This document shows positions 26,465-37,659 of a DNA stretch of 45,245 nt, one piece after another. Below the pieces are notes generated by a model, which made no database searches, was not told where the DNA came from, and was given only the letters and a program-made list of their open reading frames with translations. The DNA comes from an uncultured bacterium (GTDB lineage: Bacteria; Bacteroidota; Bacteroidia; NS11-12g; UBA9320). Where the stretch lies: contig CAWVTM010000002.1 of assembly GCA_963933305.1 (NCBI GenBank), positions 1 to 45,245 on the forward strand, in the 5' to 3' direction. The position numbers and the translations under genes are program-made. Position 1 is the stretch's first letter, and each line of letters opens with the position of its first letter.

Positions 26465-27130
26465 TTACTCCGTATTAAAACCCAATCGTTTGCCTGTAGC
26501 AAATCCGCCTGCATTGTTAAACAGTTGTTTTTGCTGAAGAGTGATCTCGCTCATAGATTTCATAGGAGGGACATAGAGGTCAAAGTCAAGAGCATAAAGC
26601 ATGGTTTGCTCTATTATTTTTATGATAGCCTCTGTTTCTATTTCTTGCTTTGCAAAATCTTTATATAAGAAGTCTAACTGACGCTGCCCGTCTACGTAGA
26701 AGTGTCCTTCAGAGTTGATAAATAAACGAGCAAGTAAGTATCCCACATCTGTAAGTCTATCATATTTAAGGGAATCTGATAAGAAGTTATATGCTTGTAT
26801 CATTCCGCAATAGCCTCGAGTGGGAGCTTCTAGTACATAGTCGTCTTTACCTACAAGATGCTCTGGAGGGAAACTAAATACATTTGTATGCATAATAAAT
26901 GAAATGGTATCGCCACTAAATTTTAGGTGAAATTCAAAATCACTTACCTCTACCAATTCTACCTCCAGGTTTTCATCCTTTTCTATTACTTGAGGAGTCA
27001 AGTGCTCGGCTATTTCCTTCGCACATTTTTTGAGTTCGTTAAATGTAGTGAGTGTATTGCGGTATACGTGCTGCTTTAAAGCAGCTTTGTTATTTAATCG
27101 TTCCAGTATATCTACTATATTTTCTGACAT
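26465..27130 (-). CDS. hypothetical protein
   Basis: Preferred ATG at 27128-27130 (MSENIVDILERL...) gives 221 aa. Acidic and soluble-looking, with no recognisable motif. Divergent from gltA. Confidence 0.6.
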   Translation of the reverse strand: MSENIVDILERLNNKAALKQHVYRNTLTTFNELKKCAKEIAEHLTPQVIEKDENLEVELVEVSDFEFHLKFSGDTISFIMHTNVFSFPPEHLVGKDDYVLEAPTRGYCGMIQAYNFLSDSLKYDRLTDVGYLLARLFINSEGHFYVDGQRQLDFLYKDFAKQEIETEAIIKIIEQTMLYALDFDLYVPPMKSMSEITLQQKQLFNNAGGFATGKRLGFNTE

Positions 27131-27339
27131 GATGTATTTGTTATTGAATTTATGCTTTAGACAAATCAACTGAATTTTAAATTAAATCAGGTATTTTTTA
27201 TTTTTATCAGCATAAAATACAAGGATTTGACAGTGGATATATAAACTGGTGAGTACTCAGGTCAAAGAATTTTAAGTCATTTTAAGAATATGCAGTTGAA
27301 ATAATCGTTGTTTACCTTTTATAATCAGGGTCAAAGCGA

Positions 27340-27347
27340 TAAATTTG
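27340..27347 (+). promoter_or_regulatory. candidate Bacteroidota -7 promoter box (TAAATTTG) upstream of gltA
   Basis: Exact TAnnTTTG match, 37 nt upstream of the ATG at 27384. Confidence 0.3.
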
Positions 27348-27383
27348 CGAAGTTCAACTCAATTAAAAATCATATTAAAAGTA

Positions 27384-28673
27384 ATGTCAGAAATAGCTAA
27401 AATTAATATCCGGGGCAAGGAAACAGAATTGCCAATTATCATAGGTACAGAAAATGAAGTAGGTATCGATATTAGTAAATTGCGTGGAGCTACTGGAGCT
27501 GTTACTTTAGATTTTGGTTATAAAAATACGGGAAGTACTACGAGTGCTATCACCTATCTAGATGGTGAGAAAGGAATACTAAGACACAGAGGCTATTCTA
27601 TAGAGGAACTAGCAGAAAAAGCAGAGTTTTTAGAAATAGCCTACCTACTCATACATGGGGATTTGCCTACTAAAGAGGAGTATGCTAAGTGGGATAATGA
27701 GATACGAAGACATACACTGGTAAATAGTGATATTCAAAATATATTTGATGCATGGCCTACAGGAAGTCACCCTATGGGTCAGCTCATAGCTATGATATCT
27801 TCATTGTCTTCGTTCTATCCAGAGAGTCTGAATCCTAATGCAGGTGAAGAAGCTAAAATGAGAACAATTACTAGATTACTAGCTAAGATGCCTACAATCT
27901 GTGCTATGATATCTAAGAATAGAATCGGTCATCCGCTTATCTATCCGCAAAATAACTTAACGTATGTAGAGAACTACTTGAATATGACGTTCAAGCATGT
28001 TACTGAAGATTATGAGATTGACCCTATACTCGTAAAAGCTATGAATAAGCTTATGATTCTTCATGCGGATCACGAGCAAAACTGCTCTGCATCTACTGTA
28101 AGATTAGTAGGGTCATCTCATGCTAATTTATATGCAAGTGTATCTGCAGGAGTAGCAGCATTATGGGGCCCACTTCACGGTGGTGCAAACCAGAAAGTGA
28201 TAGAAATGCTAGAAGCTATACAAGCGGATGGCGGTAATGCTCAGAAGTACTTGGATAAGGCAAAAGATAAAAATGATCCATTTAGATTAATGGGATTTGG
28301 TCATAGAGTATATAAAAACTTCGATCCGAGAGCTAGAATAATCAAAAAGTCTGCAGATGAAGTACTTGAAAAATTAGGGGTTAATGACCCTACTCTTGCT
28401 ATAGCTAAGAAGCTAGAAGAAGCTGTATTATCAGATCCTTACTTCATAGAACGTAAGCTATTCCCTAACGTAGATTTTTACTCTGGTATTATATACAGAG
28501 CTATGGGATTCCCAGTAGAGATGTTTACTGTACTCTTCGCACTAGGACGCTTGCCAGGATGGATAGCACAGTGGAAAGAGATGATGGAAGATAAGCAGCC
28601 TATCGGTAGACCAAGACAAATCTATACCGGTCCAGTGGTCAGAGACTTTGTGCCAATGGACGAACGAAAATAA
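27384..28673 (+). CDS. gltA: citrate synthase
   Basis: Contains GFGHRVYKNFDPR, LHADHEQNCSASTVR and GPLHGGAN. I prefer the ATG at 27384 (MSEIAKINIRGKE) over the track TTG at 27345. Confidence 0.92.
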   Translation: MSEIAKINIRGKETELPIIIGTENEVGIDISKLRGATGAVTLDFGYKNTGSTTSAITYLDGEKGILRHRGYSIEELAEKAEFLEIAYLLIHGDLPTKEEYAKWDNEIRRHTLVNSDIQNIFDAWPTGSHPMGQLIAMISSLSSFYPESLNPNAGEEAKMRTITRLLAKMPTICAMISKNRIGHPLIYPQNNLTYVENYLNMTFKHVTEDYEIDPILVKAMNKLMILHADHEQNCSASTVRLVGSSHANLYASVSAGVAALWGPLHGGANQKVIEMLEAIQADGGNAQKYLDKAKDKNDPFRLMGFGHRVYKNFDPRARIIKKSADEVLEKLGVNDPTLAIAKKLEEAVLSDPYFIERKLFPNVDFYSGIIYRAMGFPVEMFTVLFALGRLPGWIAQWKEMMEDKQPIGRPRQIYTGPVVRDFVPMDERK

Positions 28674-28708
28674 TCACTAAAAACACGCTAAATCCAAAAG
28701 CGTACTTC

Positions 28709-28770
28709 AAAAAAAACAGGATGGACGATAGAGATGCTGGAGCATTATTATCGTCCATCCTGTTTTTTTT
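28709..28770. terminator. bidirectional rho-independent terminator between convergent gltA and the amidohydrolase gene
   Basis: A8 tract, then a 15-bp stem ACAGGATGGACGATA / TATCGTCCATCCTGT, then a T8 tract. The flanking A and T runs extend pairing to 22 bp. Confidence 0.85.
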
Positions 28771-28872
28771 GGCTCAGCGGGTAGTAATTTCTATTTATAG
28801 GTCCCTTGATAGTTTAGGTCTGAAGTAAAAAAAACATATGTCCAAGGGGAATAGCTAAGTGGTTATAGATCA

Positions 28873-30480
28873 TTAGTCTGCTATTTCGGTAGTTATTACT
28901 TTTGCTTTTAGCATATTTTTTTCCAAAACAATGTCTGTATCTAATATGACATAATCTGCTAGTTTCCCTTTTTCTAAGCTGCCGAGCTTATCATCCATTC
29001 TATTTGCCATAGCAGCCCACAGCGTCATACCTAGCAATGCCTGCTCTGGAGTGAGAGCTTCGTCCATTAAAAAGCCTCCATTGGGTTTCTTATGAGCATC
29101 TTGACGGTGCACAGCAGAGAAGTAGGTATTCAAAGGAGAAATATCCTCTACGGGAAAATCTGTACCTAAAGGCAAATATCCATTCAGAGCGAGTAAACTC
29201 TTATAAGCGTATGCTCCTTCCATCCGCTCAGTACCGAGTCTCTGTGCAGCCCAGTTCATATCACTCGTAGCGTGGGTAGGCTGTACACTTGGCAGTATGC
29301 TGTACTTAGTAAAGAGTGCTCTATCTCTTGGCGTGACTACTTGAGCATGCTCTATTCTCCATCTTTTATCGTTACTGGTTTTCAGGTAGCGGCCATAGGT
29401 ATCCAGTACTAGCCTATTGGCACTATCACCTATGCAATGTGTATTTGCCTGAAAATTCAGAGCTAAGATTCGCTTACAAAGAGCGTCTATCTGCTCTGGT
29501 TCTGTCACCCAAACTCCGGTATGATTTCCGTGGTCACAGTAGGGCTGCTTTAGCTTAGCTCCTCGGGATCCTAAGGCTCCGTCTGCGTATATTTTAAATG
29601 AGGATACTTGAAGTCTGTCGGTGCTTAGTGCTCCATTCTTTTCGAAGTATTGGAAGTTCTCTACATTGGGGTTTGCCATAGCATATACACGTATGGTTAG
29701 GTCGCCCGTCCGTTGTAGGCTGTCTATGAGCAGAATAGTGTTAAGATTAAGACCTGCATCCGTCACTGCGGTAAGTCCGGTAGCTAAGCAGTTTTTTTGA
29801 GCTTTAAGTAGAGCATTTATTTCTAATGTACGAGACGGTGCAGGGATGATGTCATCTATCAGAGCCATAGCGTTATCGGTAAGTATCCCAGTGAGCTTAC
29901 CATTTTTTACCTCTATCTCACCACCGCTTATTGTAGTATTTATGTCTATTCCTGCTAGTTCTAGAGCTTTTGTATTTGCTAATCCTGCGTGGCCGTCTAT
30001 GCGTTTTACGAATACGGGTCTGTCGGGAAAACGGGCACTAAGTCCACTATTGGTAAGCGTACCTTCTTGTGTCCATTCTGTCTGGTCCCATCCACGTCCT
30101 GTGATCCAATATTCTATACTTTCCTTGCTGAAGGCAACTGTTTTTTCTGTGATTTGGTCAAGACTATAGGTTTCTCTGAGGTCCACCTTACTCAGTGTAA
30201 GTCCATAGCCATAGAAGTGGGAGTGGGCATCTATGAGTCCTGGGTACATTATCCCTTGGTATCTAGTGAGCGGACCTTCATACGTACTCGTAATTTCTTC
30301 TTTGGTGCCGAAGGAAACTACCTTACCACCTCGGATAGCTATGGCCTCTGCAGTCTGAAAGGAGGAGTCACAGATGTAGATTTTATCTGCGAGTATAATT
30401 TGGTCTACAGTTATTTTTGGTTGAGTACAGCTATAGATTACGGCCAAGACTATCGTGATTACTATATTTGGATTGCTCAT
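28873..30480 (-). CDS. amidohydrolase-family metal-dependent hydrolase (YtcJ-like), probable lipoprotein
   Basis: GLIDAHSHF (HxH metal motif) plus downstream His/Asp contexts (NTHCIGD, RIEHAQV, GTDFPVE). Preferred ATG at 30480 gives MSNPNIVITIVLAVIYSC, a signal peptide with Cys. Confidence 0.8.
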   Translation of the reverse strand: MSNPNIVITIVLAVIYSCTQPKITVDQIILADKIYICDSSFQTAEAIAIRGGKVVSFGTKEEITSTYEGPLTRYQGIMYPGLIDAHSHFYGYGLTLSKVDLRETYSLDQITEKTVAFSKESIEYWITGRGWDQTEWTQEGTLTNSGLSARFPDRPVFVKRIDGHAGLANTKALELAGIDINTTISGGEIEVKNGKLTGILTDNAMALIDDIIPAPSRTLEINALLKAQKNCLATGLTAVTDAGLNLNTILLIDSLQRTGDLTIRVYAMANPNVENFQYFEKNGALSTDRLQVSSFKIYADGALGSRGAKLKQPYCDHGNHTGVWVTEPEQIDALCKRILALNFQANTHCIGDSANRLVLDTYGRYLKTSNDKRWRIEHAQVVTPRDRALFTKYSILPSVQPTHATSDMNWAAQRLGTERMEGAYAYKSLLALNGYLPLGTDFPVEDISPLNTYFSAVHRQDAHKKPNGGFLMDEALTPEQALLGMTLWAAMANRMDDKLGSLEKGKLADYVILDTDIVLEKNMLKAKVITTEIAD

Positions 30481-30510
30481 GAATAGTACAAAGTAAACTC
30501 TTTCGGATAC

Positions 30511-30544
30511 TAAAAAGGCCAGTGCAAATATTCGCACTGGCCTT
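30511..30544 (-). terminator. rho-independent terminator downstream of the S8 peptidase gene
   Basis: Stem GGCCAGTGC / GCACTGGCC (extendable by AA/TT) with an 8-nt loop. On the minus strand it is followed by TTTTTA. It lies 26 nt past the stop at 30570. Confidence 0.75.
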
Positions 30545-30569
30545 CAGTATATATGGTTTTTTAAAGATT

Positions 30570-32150
30570 TTACTTGTTAGTTCTTTCTTCTGCTAGTCTA
30601 AGTGCCCCAGGTAGGTTGACCTGCCCTCCAGTTTTAGAGATTTCAGATACACATGTTCTCGGTATTCTGGAGTAAAAATGCTTTTTGCGAGCTCCTGGTA
30701 TATGATTTCTTCCTTTTATAGGGATAGCACTATCCAGCAGTATTTTCTTTAGTTCTACAGCTGTGAGGCTCGGATAGTAGCTCCATATAAATGCAGCTAC
30801 ACCAGATACTACTGGGCTAGCCATGCTCGTACCGTCAAAGGCTTCATATTGATTTTCTGGAGTAGTACTGTATATGGCTACTCCTGGTGCAAATAGGTCT
30901 ACTTCTGCTGCTCCGTAATTAGAAAAGTCTGCAAGTGCTTTCGGCTTCTTTTGCCAACTGCTCGCTCCTACTTCTATCCAGTTATTAAACTCACCGTTGA
31001 AGTCATTGGGGTAGTTTTCGGAGTTGTCATTGTTTTTACCATCATTTCCAGCTGCATGTATTAAAAGTACATTTTTACTTTCTGCGTACCGTATGGCTTC
31101 TTTCACTACCTCCGTATTTTGAGCATAGCTCTTACCAAAACTCATATTGACTATCTTAGCACCATTGTCTACGGCATATCGGATACCATTTGCTACGTCT
31201 TTATCTCGTTCGTCTCCTTGCGGAACGTTGCGTATACTCATTATCTTACAACTTTGGCATATTCCCTTAGTACCGAAACCATTGCTAGCATCAGCAGCTA
31301 CTATACCCGCTACGTGAGTGCCATGCTCAGAAAACTCTTCACCATAGTACACCTTATTATTCCCATATCCTTGCTCGTTTGGGTTGCTGTAGTCATCACC
31401 TACTTTTTCAGTTCTGGGATTAAAAGCCACATTAAATCCATAATTATGCATGAAATCATACTGTTCATAAGCTCCTTCCATCTCTTCTTTCACTGCAGCA
31501 TAGTCAAACTCTTTACTTTCTTTAATTATTCCCTGAAGTATCTGAGTAGTGATTTGCTCACTTCTACTTTTGCTCTTATGGTTTGCTAGTTGATCTTTTG
31601 TAGGACTAGATCCGTACTCTTTTTCTAGGAGTTCCATTCCTACCTCCACTTGTTCGAATATCTCAAAGTAAAATTTCGCCTCTTGACTTTCGCTCAAGTA
31701 GGCTTCTTTTAGGGTTTGATACCTTACGTATTCCTCTTGGTTTTTAGTCGCGTCTATGTCCTTTAGCTCATAGATAGTATTGAGTCTGGCATATTCTCTA
31801 GTCAGCTCCATATTGTCATAGGTGGTTTCGCCCAAGAAGTTCCATCCATTTATATCATCCACGTATCCGTTTTTATCATCGTCTATACCGTTGTCAGTTA
31901 TTTCGCCAGTATTGGTCCAGAGCATAGTTTTCAGATCTGGATGATAGATGTCTACACCTGCATCCGCTATTGCCACTACTACGGTAGTAGCAGTTTTGCC
32001 TTTTACCATTTCCTGAGCTTCAGCTAAGCCTATCCCTGAGTTTCCTTTTTTGTTATTTGGCTCTAGGTGCCACAGTGTGTTGATGGGTCCTTGTGCTTTG
32101 GCTACTAGTGATGCTATGGCTATTGCAGCCAGTATGATGTATTGTTTCAT
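30570..32150 (-). CDS. secreted S8-family (subtilisin-like) serine peptidase
   Basis: 526-aa ORF with signal peptide. Catalytic triad contexts VAIADAGVDIYHPDL (Asp), HGTHVAGIVAA (His) and GTSMASPVVSGVAA (Ser). Confidence 0.9.
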   Translation of the reverse strand: MKQYIILAAIAIASLVAKAQGPINTLWHLEPNNKKGNSGIGLAEAQEMVKGKTATTVVVAIADAGVDIYHPDLKTMLWTNTGEITDNGIDDDKNGYVDDINGWNFLGETTYDNMELTREYARLNTIYELKDIDATKNQEEYVRYQTLKEAYLSESQEAKFYFEIFEQVEVGMELLEKEYGSSPTKDQLANHKSKSRSEQITTQILQGIIKESKEFDYAAVKEEMEGAYEQYDFMHNYGFNVAFNPRTEKVGDDYSNPNEQGYGNNKVYYGEEFSEHGTHVAGIVAADASNGFGTKGICQSCKIMSIRNVPQGDERDKDVANGIRYAVDNGAKIVNMSFGKSYAQNTEVVKEAIRYAESKNVLLIHAAGNDGKNNDNSENYPNDFNGEFNNWIEVGASSWQKKPKALADFSNYGAAEVDLFAPGVAIYSTTPENQYEAFDGTSMASPVVSGVAAFIWSYYPSLTAVELKKILLDSAIPIKGRNHIPGARKKHFYSRIPRTCVSEISKTGGQVNLPGALRLAEERTNK

Positions 32151-32159
32151 AGTTTTATT

Positions 32160-33794
32160 TTATGTTTGGATTACGCCCACATTGTACTTTTCTACAGGTG
32201 CATTATTGGCGATTTCTATTCCGGTACTTATCCATTTACGTGTGTCCACAGGGTTTATTATTTCATCTACCCATAGGCGAGACGCTGCGTACTCAGGTGT
32301 AGTTTGTTTATTGTATTTTTTAATGATTTCGTCCAAGAGTTCTTTCTCTCTTTCGGCTGTTATTTCTTCCCCTTTTTTAGCCAATGAAGCTTTTTCTATT
32401 TGCAGTAATACTTTGGCAGCTTGCTCACCACCCATTACCGCTATTTTAGCACTTGGCCACGCTACTATTAGTCGTGGGTCATAGGCCTTGCCGCACATAG
32501 CATAGTTTCCTGCTCCGTAGCTGTTACCCACTATTATTGTAAATTTAGGTACGGTGCTATTACTCATAGCATTGACCATTTTGGCTCCATCTTTTATGAT
32601 TCCGCCTTGCTCACTTCTGCTTCCTACCATAAAACCAGTGACGTCCTGTAAGAATACGAGAGGAATCTTCTTTTGGTTACAGTTCATGATAAATCGAGCA
32701 GCTTTATCTGCACTGTCTGAGTAGATTACTCCGCCAAACTGCATTTCACCTTTTTGACTTTTGACTAACTCACGATTATTAGCCACTATGCCTACAGCCC
32801 ATCCATCTATGCGTGCATATCCGCAAAGGATCGTTTTGCCATAGGTTTCTTTGTATTGTTCGAACTCGGAGTTGTCTACTAGTCGCTTTATAAGCGCTAG
32901 GCTCTCATAGGGCTTAGACCTTTCTCGGGGTAGAATACTGTATACTTCTTCTAGCTTATGTTTAGGCAGAGTAGGAGTATTTCTATTGAATCCAGCCTTA
33001 GGGAATTCACCCATTTTGTCCATTAAAAATTTGATACGATCTAGGCAAGACTTATCATCTGGGAAACGATCATCTATGACACCAGACAGGTCTGTCTGAG
33101 CTACGGATCCTCCCAGCTCTTCATTACCTATAGTCTCACCTATAGCGGCTTTAACTAGGTAGCTACCTGCTAGGAATATGCTTCCTGTCTTATCTACTAT
33201 CAGTGCTTCATCACTCATTATAGGGAGGTAAGCACCACCTGCTACGCAGCTACCCATTACAGCTGCTATCTGTGGGATACCTCTGCTGCTGAGTATGGCA
33301 TTATTTCTAAATATTCTACCAAAATGCTCCTTATCTGGAAAAATCTCATCCTGCATAGGGAGAAATACGCCTGCACTATCTACTAGGTATATAATCGGAA
33401 GGTTATTTTCTAACGCTATCTCTTGAAAACGAAGATTCTTTTTTCCAGTGATGGGGAACCAAGCTCCAGCTTTTACGGTAGCATCATTAGCTACTATCAG
33501 ACATGATTTTCCGGCTACTTTGGTAATTCCTCCTACTACGCCGCCTGCAGGACATCCGCCGTGTTCTGGATACATCTCATATCCCACGAATGTGCCTATT
33601 TCCAAGAAATCAGCACCTTTATCCTTTAGGTAGTCTACACGCTCTCGAGCGGTTAGTTTTCCCTTGGCTCGCTGCTTTGCTTGAGATTTTTCGCCTCCAC
33701 CTAGGTGTATTTTATTTGCTAATTTCTGGTAATCACTCCAGAGCATCTTATTAGCATCTTCATTTTTATTTAATTCTAGTTCTTGTGGGTTCAT
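32160..33794 (-). CDS. acyl-CoA carboxylase carboxyltransferase (beta) subunit, methylcrotonyl-/propionyl-CoA carboxylase type
   Basis: About 544 aa from the ATG at 33794 (MNPQELEL). Carboxyltransferase domain features: KLTARERVDYL, VVANDATVKAGAW, GSCVAGGAYLP and GNSYGAGNYAMCG. Confidence 0.85.
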   Translation of the reverse strand: MNPQELELNKNEDANKMLWSDYQKLANKIHLGGGEKSQAKQRAKGKLTARERVDYLKDKGADFLEIGTFVGYEMYPEHGGCPAGGVVGGITKVAGKSCLIVANDATVKAGAWFPITGKKNLRFQEIALENNLPIIYLVDSAGVFLPMQDEIFPDKEHFGRIFRNNAILSSRGIPQIAAVMGSCVAGGAYLPIMSDEALIVDKTGSIFLAGSYLVKAAIGETIGNEELGGSVAQTDLSGVIDDRFPDDKSCLDRIKFLMDKMGEFPKAGFNRNTPTLPKHKLEEVYSILPRERSKPYESLALIKRLVDNSEFEQYKETYGKTILCGYARIDGWAVGIVANNRELVKSQKGEMQFGGVIYSDSADKAARFIMNCNQKKIPLVFLQDVTGFMVGSRSEQGGIIKDGAKMVNAMSNSTVPKFTIIVGNSYGAGNYAMCGKAYDPRLIVAWPSAKIAVMGGEQAAKVLLQIEKASLAKKGEEITAEREKELLDEIIKKYNKQTTPEYAASRLWVDEIINPVDTRKWISTGIEIANNAPVEKYNVGVIQT

Positions 33795-33920
33795 ATTTGC
33801 TCGGCTCAAACGTAGTGTTTTTTCAGTGTATTTATTTCAAGTTTTGTAATAGCTAAATCACTTTTAATAAAAGAAGTATTAAATGTTGCTTATAAAAATA
33901 GTGTTATTACATTTGCACCC

Positions 33921-34003
33921 GGCTGACATAACCAGCTCCCTTTTAACTCCCCCAGGGCAGGAATGCAGCAAGGGTAAAAGGTCGTAGCGGTATGATGTCA
34001 GCC
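33921..34003 (+). ncRNA. ffs: small (4.5S-type) signal recognition particle RNA; ends approximate
   Basis: The intergenic sequence GGCTGACAT...CCAGGGCAGGAATGCAGCAAGGG...ATGTCAGCC matches the domain IV core of bacterial SRP RNA. That core has a CAGG / AGCA loop pair flanking a GGAA tetraloop closed by GCA/UGC. The terminal helix is GGCUGACAU/AUGUCAGCC, followed by a T9 tract. Confidence 0.75.
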
Positions 34004-34086
34004 TTTTTTTTTCTCTAAATTCCCCAAATTTTACCTGTGAGTTCTCATAATGTCCCATATTTGCGGTTAAAGCAAATTGTATACCC

Positions 34087-34743
34087 ATGAAATTTTTTGT
34101 AGACACAGCTAATTTAGAGCAGATAAAAGAAGCACAAGACCTTGGTATCTTAGACGGGGTGACCACTAATCCATCACTGATGGCTAAAGAAGGTATTATA
34201 GGAGATGCAAATGTGTTGGCACATTATAAGGCTATCTGTGACTTAGTAGATGGTGATATCAGTGCTGAGGTAATCGCTACAGATTTTGAGGGAATGATAA
34301 AAGAGGGGAAAGCCCTTGCTGATATTCACGAAAATATAGTGGTAAAGGTCCCTATGACTAGAGACGGCGTGAAAGCTATAAGATGGTTTACAGATCACGA
34401 TATACGAACTAACTGTACATTGATATTCTCTGCAGGTCAGGCTATATTAGCAGCTAAGGCAGGTGCTACATATCTCTCTCCATTCATAGGGAGAATAGAT
34501 GATATGAATTGGGATGGAATAGAGCTTATAGCTCAGATAGCAGATATATATACTATTCAGGGATATCAGACAGAAATACTTGCAGCATCTATACGCACTC
34601 CCTTGCACATAGTGCGAGCTGCTGAAGCAGGTGCAGATGTAGTGACGTGTCCACTTAGTTCTATTTTAGGGCTTTTGAAGCACCCACTCACGGACATAGG
34701 GCTAGCTCAGTTTCTTGCAGATCATAAAAAAGCAAATTCGTAG
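34087..34743 (+). CDS. fsa: fructose-6-phosphate aldolase / transaldolase family 3B
   Basis: 218-aa ORF. MKFFVDTANLEQIKEA...GVTTNPSL, VKVPMT (Schiff-base Lys context) and NCTLIFS. Confidence 0.85.
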   Translation: MKFFVDTANLEQIKEAQDLGILDGVTTNPSLMAKEGIIGDANVLAHYKAICDLVDGDISAEVIATDFEGMIKEGKALADIHENIVVKVPMTRDGVKAIRWFTDHDIRTNCTLIFSAGQAILAAKAGATYLSPFIGRIDDMNWDGIELIAQIADIYTIQGYQTEILAASIRTPLHIVRAAEAGADVVTCPLSSILGLLKHPLTDIGLAQFLADHKKANS

Positions 34744-34861
34744 ACAACTATTCTTTAATAATAGTAGTCTTAATATTATCAGTAAACCATAATTCACAGA
34801 GTGAAAACTAAAATTGTTTGGGTATTTTACCTAATTGTCTAGTATCTAACAGCTATAAAAA

Positions 34862-35584
34862 GTGAACCCAATAGTAATTATACCTACGTATAACGAGAAG
34901 GAAAATATAGCTCGTATGTTAGATACAGTCATGTCTCTTTCTGAGGCTTTTGATGTATTAGTAGTAGATGATAACTCTCCAGATGGTACAGCTGATTTAG
35001 TGAAGGCTGCTCAGGCCTCACATTCGCGGATACATTTATTAGAGAATGGAAAAAAGAATGGACTAGGCGGAGCCTATATCGCAGGATTTAAGTGGTGCTT
35101 AGAGAGAGAATATGCGTACATATTCGAAATGGACTGTGACTTCTCGCATAATCCCAAAGACTTAGTTCGATTGTATGCAGAGCTACAGAGTGGTGCATGT
35201 GATCTAGTGGTAGGGTCTAGATATGTAGGCAATGTAGTAAATGTGGTAAACTGGCCAATGAGCCGGGTACTACTCAGTTACTTTGCGTCAGCATACGTGC
35301 GTTTCTTTACACGTATGATGTTATCAGATGCCACCGCAGGTTTCGTAGGGTATTCTCGTAAGCTACTGGATACTATAGACTTAGATAGAATTAAATTTAA
35401 AGGGTATGCGTTCCAAATAGAGATGAAGTATACCGTTCATAAGCTCGGATTTACTATCAAAGAGATTCCTATTATTTTCACAGACCGAACTGAGGGAGTG
35501 AGTAAGATGGATGGTGGTATTATCAAAGAGGCATTGGTAGGTGTGGTTAGTCTTCGATTTAAGAGGATAGTAAAGCGAAGTTGA
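34862..35584 (+). CDS. polyprenol-phosphate mannosyltransferase-like GT2 (Dpm1/PpmS-like)
   Basis: 240-aa ORF with GTG start. VIIPTYNEKENI, VVDDNSPDGT, EMDCDFSHNP and GSRY motifs. Confidence 0.8.
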   Translation: MNPIVIIPTYNEKENIARMLDTVMSLSEAFDVLVVDDNSPDGTADLVKAAQASHSRIHLLENGKKNGLGGAYIAGFKWCLEREYAYIFEMDCDFSHNPKDLVRLYAELQSGACDLVVGSRYVGNVVNVVNWPMSRVLLSYFASAYVRFFTRMMLSDATAGFVGYSRKLLDTIDLDRIKFKGYAFQIEMKYTVHKLGFTIKEIPIIFTDRTEGVSKMDGGIIKEALVGVVSLRFKRIVKRS

Positions 35585-35668
35585 TTTCAGGTATCGCAGT
35601 AGTCTTATACCAATTTAGTTTTTCAGTAGATCCTATTTATTTGACAAGGCCATTATACGCTATTATCT

Positions 35669-35704
35669 AAAAAAGCCTCCGATGAAATCTCATCGGAGGC
35701 TTTT
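35669..35704. terminator. bidirectional rho-independent terminator between the GT2 gene and atpC
   Basis: 15-bp stem AAAAGCCTCCGATGA / TCATCGGAGGCTTTT with a 4-nt loop, and A/T runs on both sides. Confidence 0.85.
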
Positions 35705-35728
35705 AGTTTGTTAGAGTGAAGTCTAGAT

Positions 35729-35958
35729 TTATGCTAGTACTACTACTTTGTTATTTAATATTTCTACTATTCCTCCAGAGATATCAAATATCTCCTCACC
35801 GGAGTTTGTACGAACCACTACTTTACCCCTATCTAAACTAGATATGAGCGGAGCGTGATTAGCCAATGCTTCAAAAGAGCCGCCACTACCGGGCAGTTTC
35901 ACTGAAACCGCTTCGCCAGAGAATAGCACCTTATCTGGTGTTATCACTTCTACTATCA

Positions 35959-35959
<1 letters not shown>
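35729..35959 (-). CDS. atpC: F1 ATP synthase epsilon subunit, short form (beta-sandwich only)
   Basis: 76-aa ORF: VEVITPDKVLFSGEAVSVKLPGSGGSFEALANHAPLIS. Its ATG overlaps the atpD stop (TAATG). Confidence 0.85.
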
Positions 35960-37512
<1,553 letters not shown>

Positions 37513-37659
37513 TCATATTATGAAGAGCCTTTCTAAATAGTCTTTATCTCAAAATAAGACTGATGGAAATTGGTCTAATTTAGGGAATTCGGTATGTTTT
37601 TGTCTTAAAACTAGAGCGGTACGCAAATAATGACTATCTTCGAAGTACTATTAACTACT

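Noticed and set aside
29989-30486. 165-aa plus-strand ORF (and 29846-30169, 107 aa) antisense to the amidohydrolase gene
   Set aside because: It lies entirely within a well-supported minus-strand CDS. The composition is junk-like (F/Y/C/S-rich) with no motif, so it is a typical shadow ORF.
31119-31589. 156-aa plus-strand ORF antisense to the S8 peptidase gene
   Set aside because: Shadow ORF inside a gene with an intact catalytic triad. The sequence is low-complexity and hydrophobic or Ser-rich.
32050-32484. 144-aa plus-strand ORF spanning the S8 peptidase start and the carboxyltransferase 3' end
   Set aside because: It is antisense to two solid CDSs and crosses their junction. No signal or motif supports it.
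33879-34166. 95-aa minus-strand ORF covering the carboxyltransferase-fsa spacer
   Set aside because: It overlaps the fsa start and is better explained as the antisense strand of the SRP RNA gene. The composition looks non-coding.
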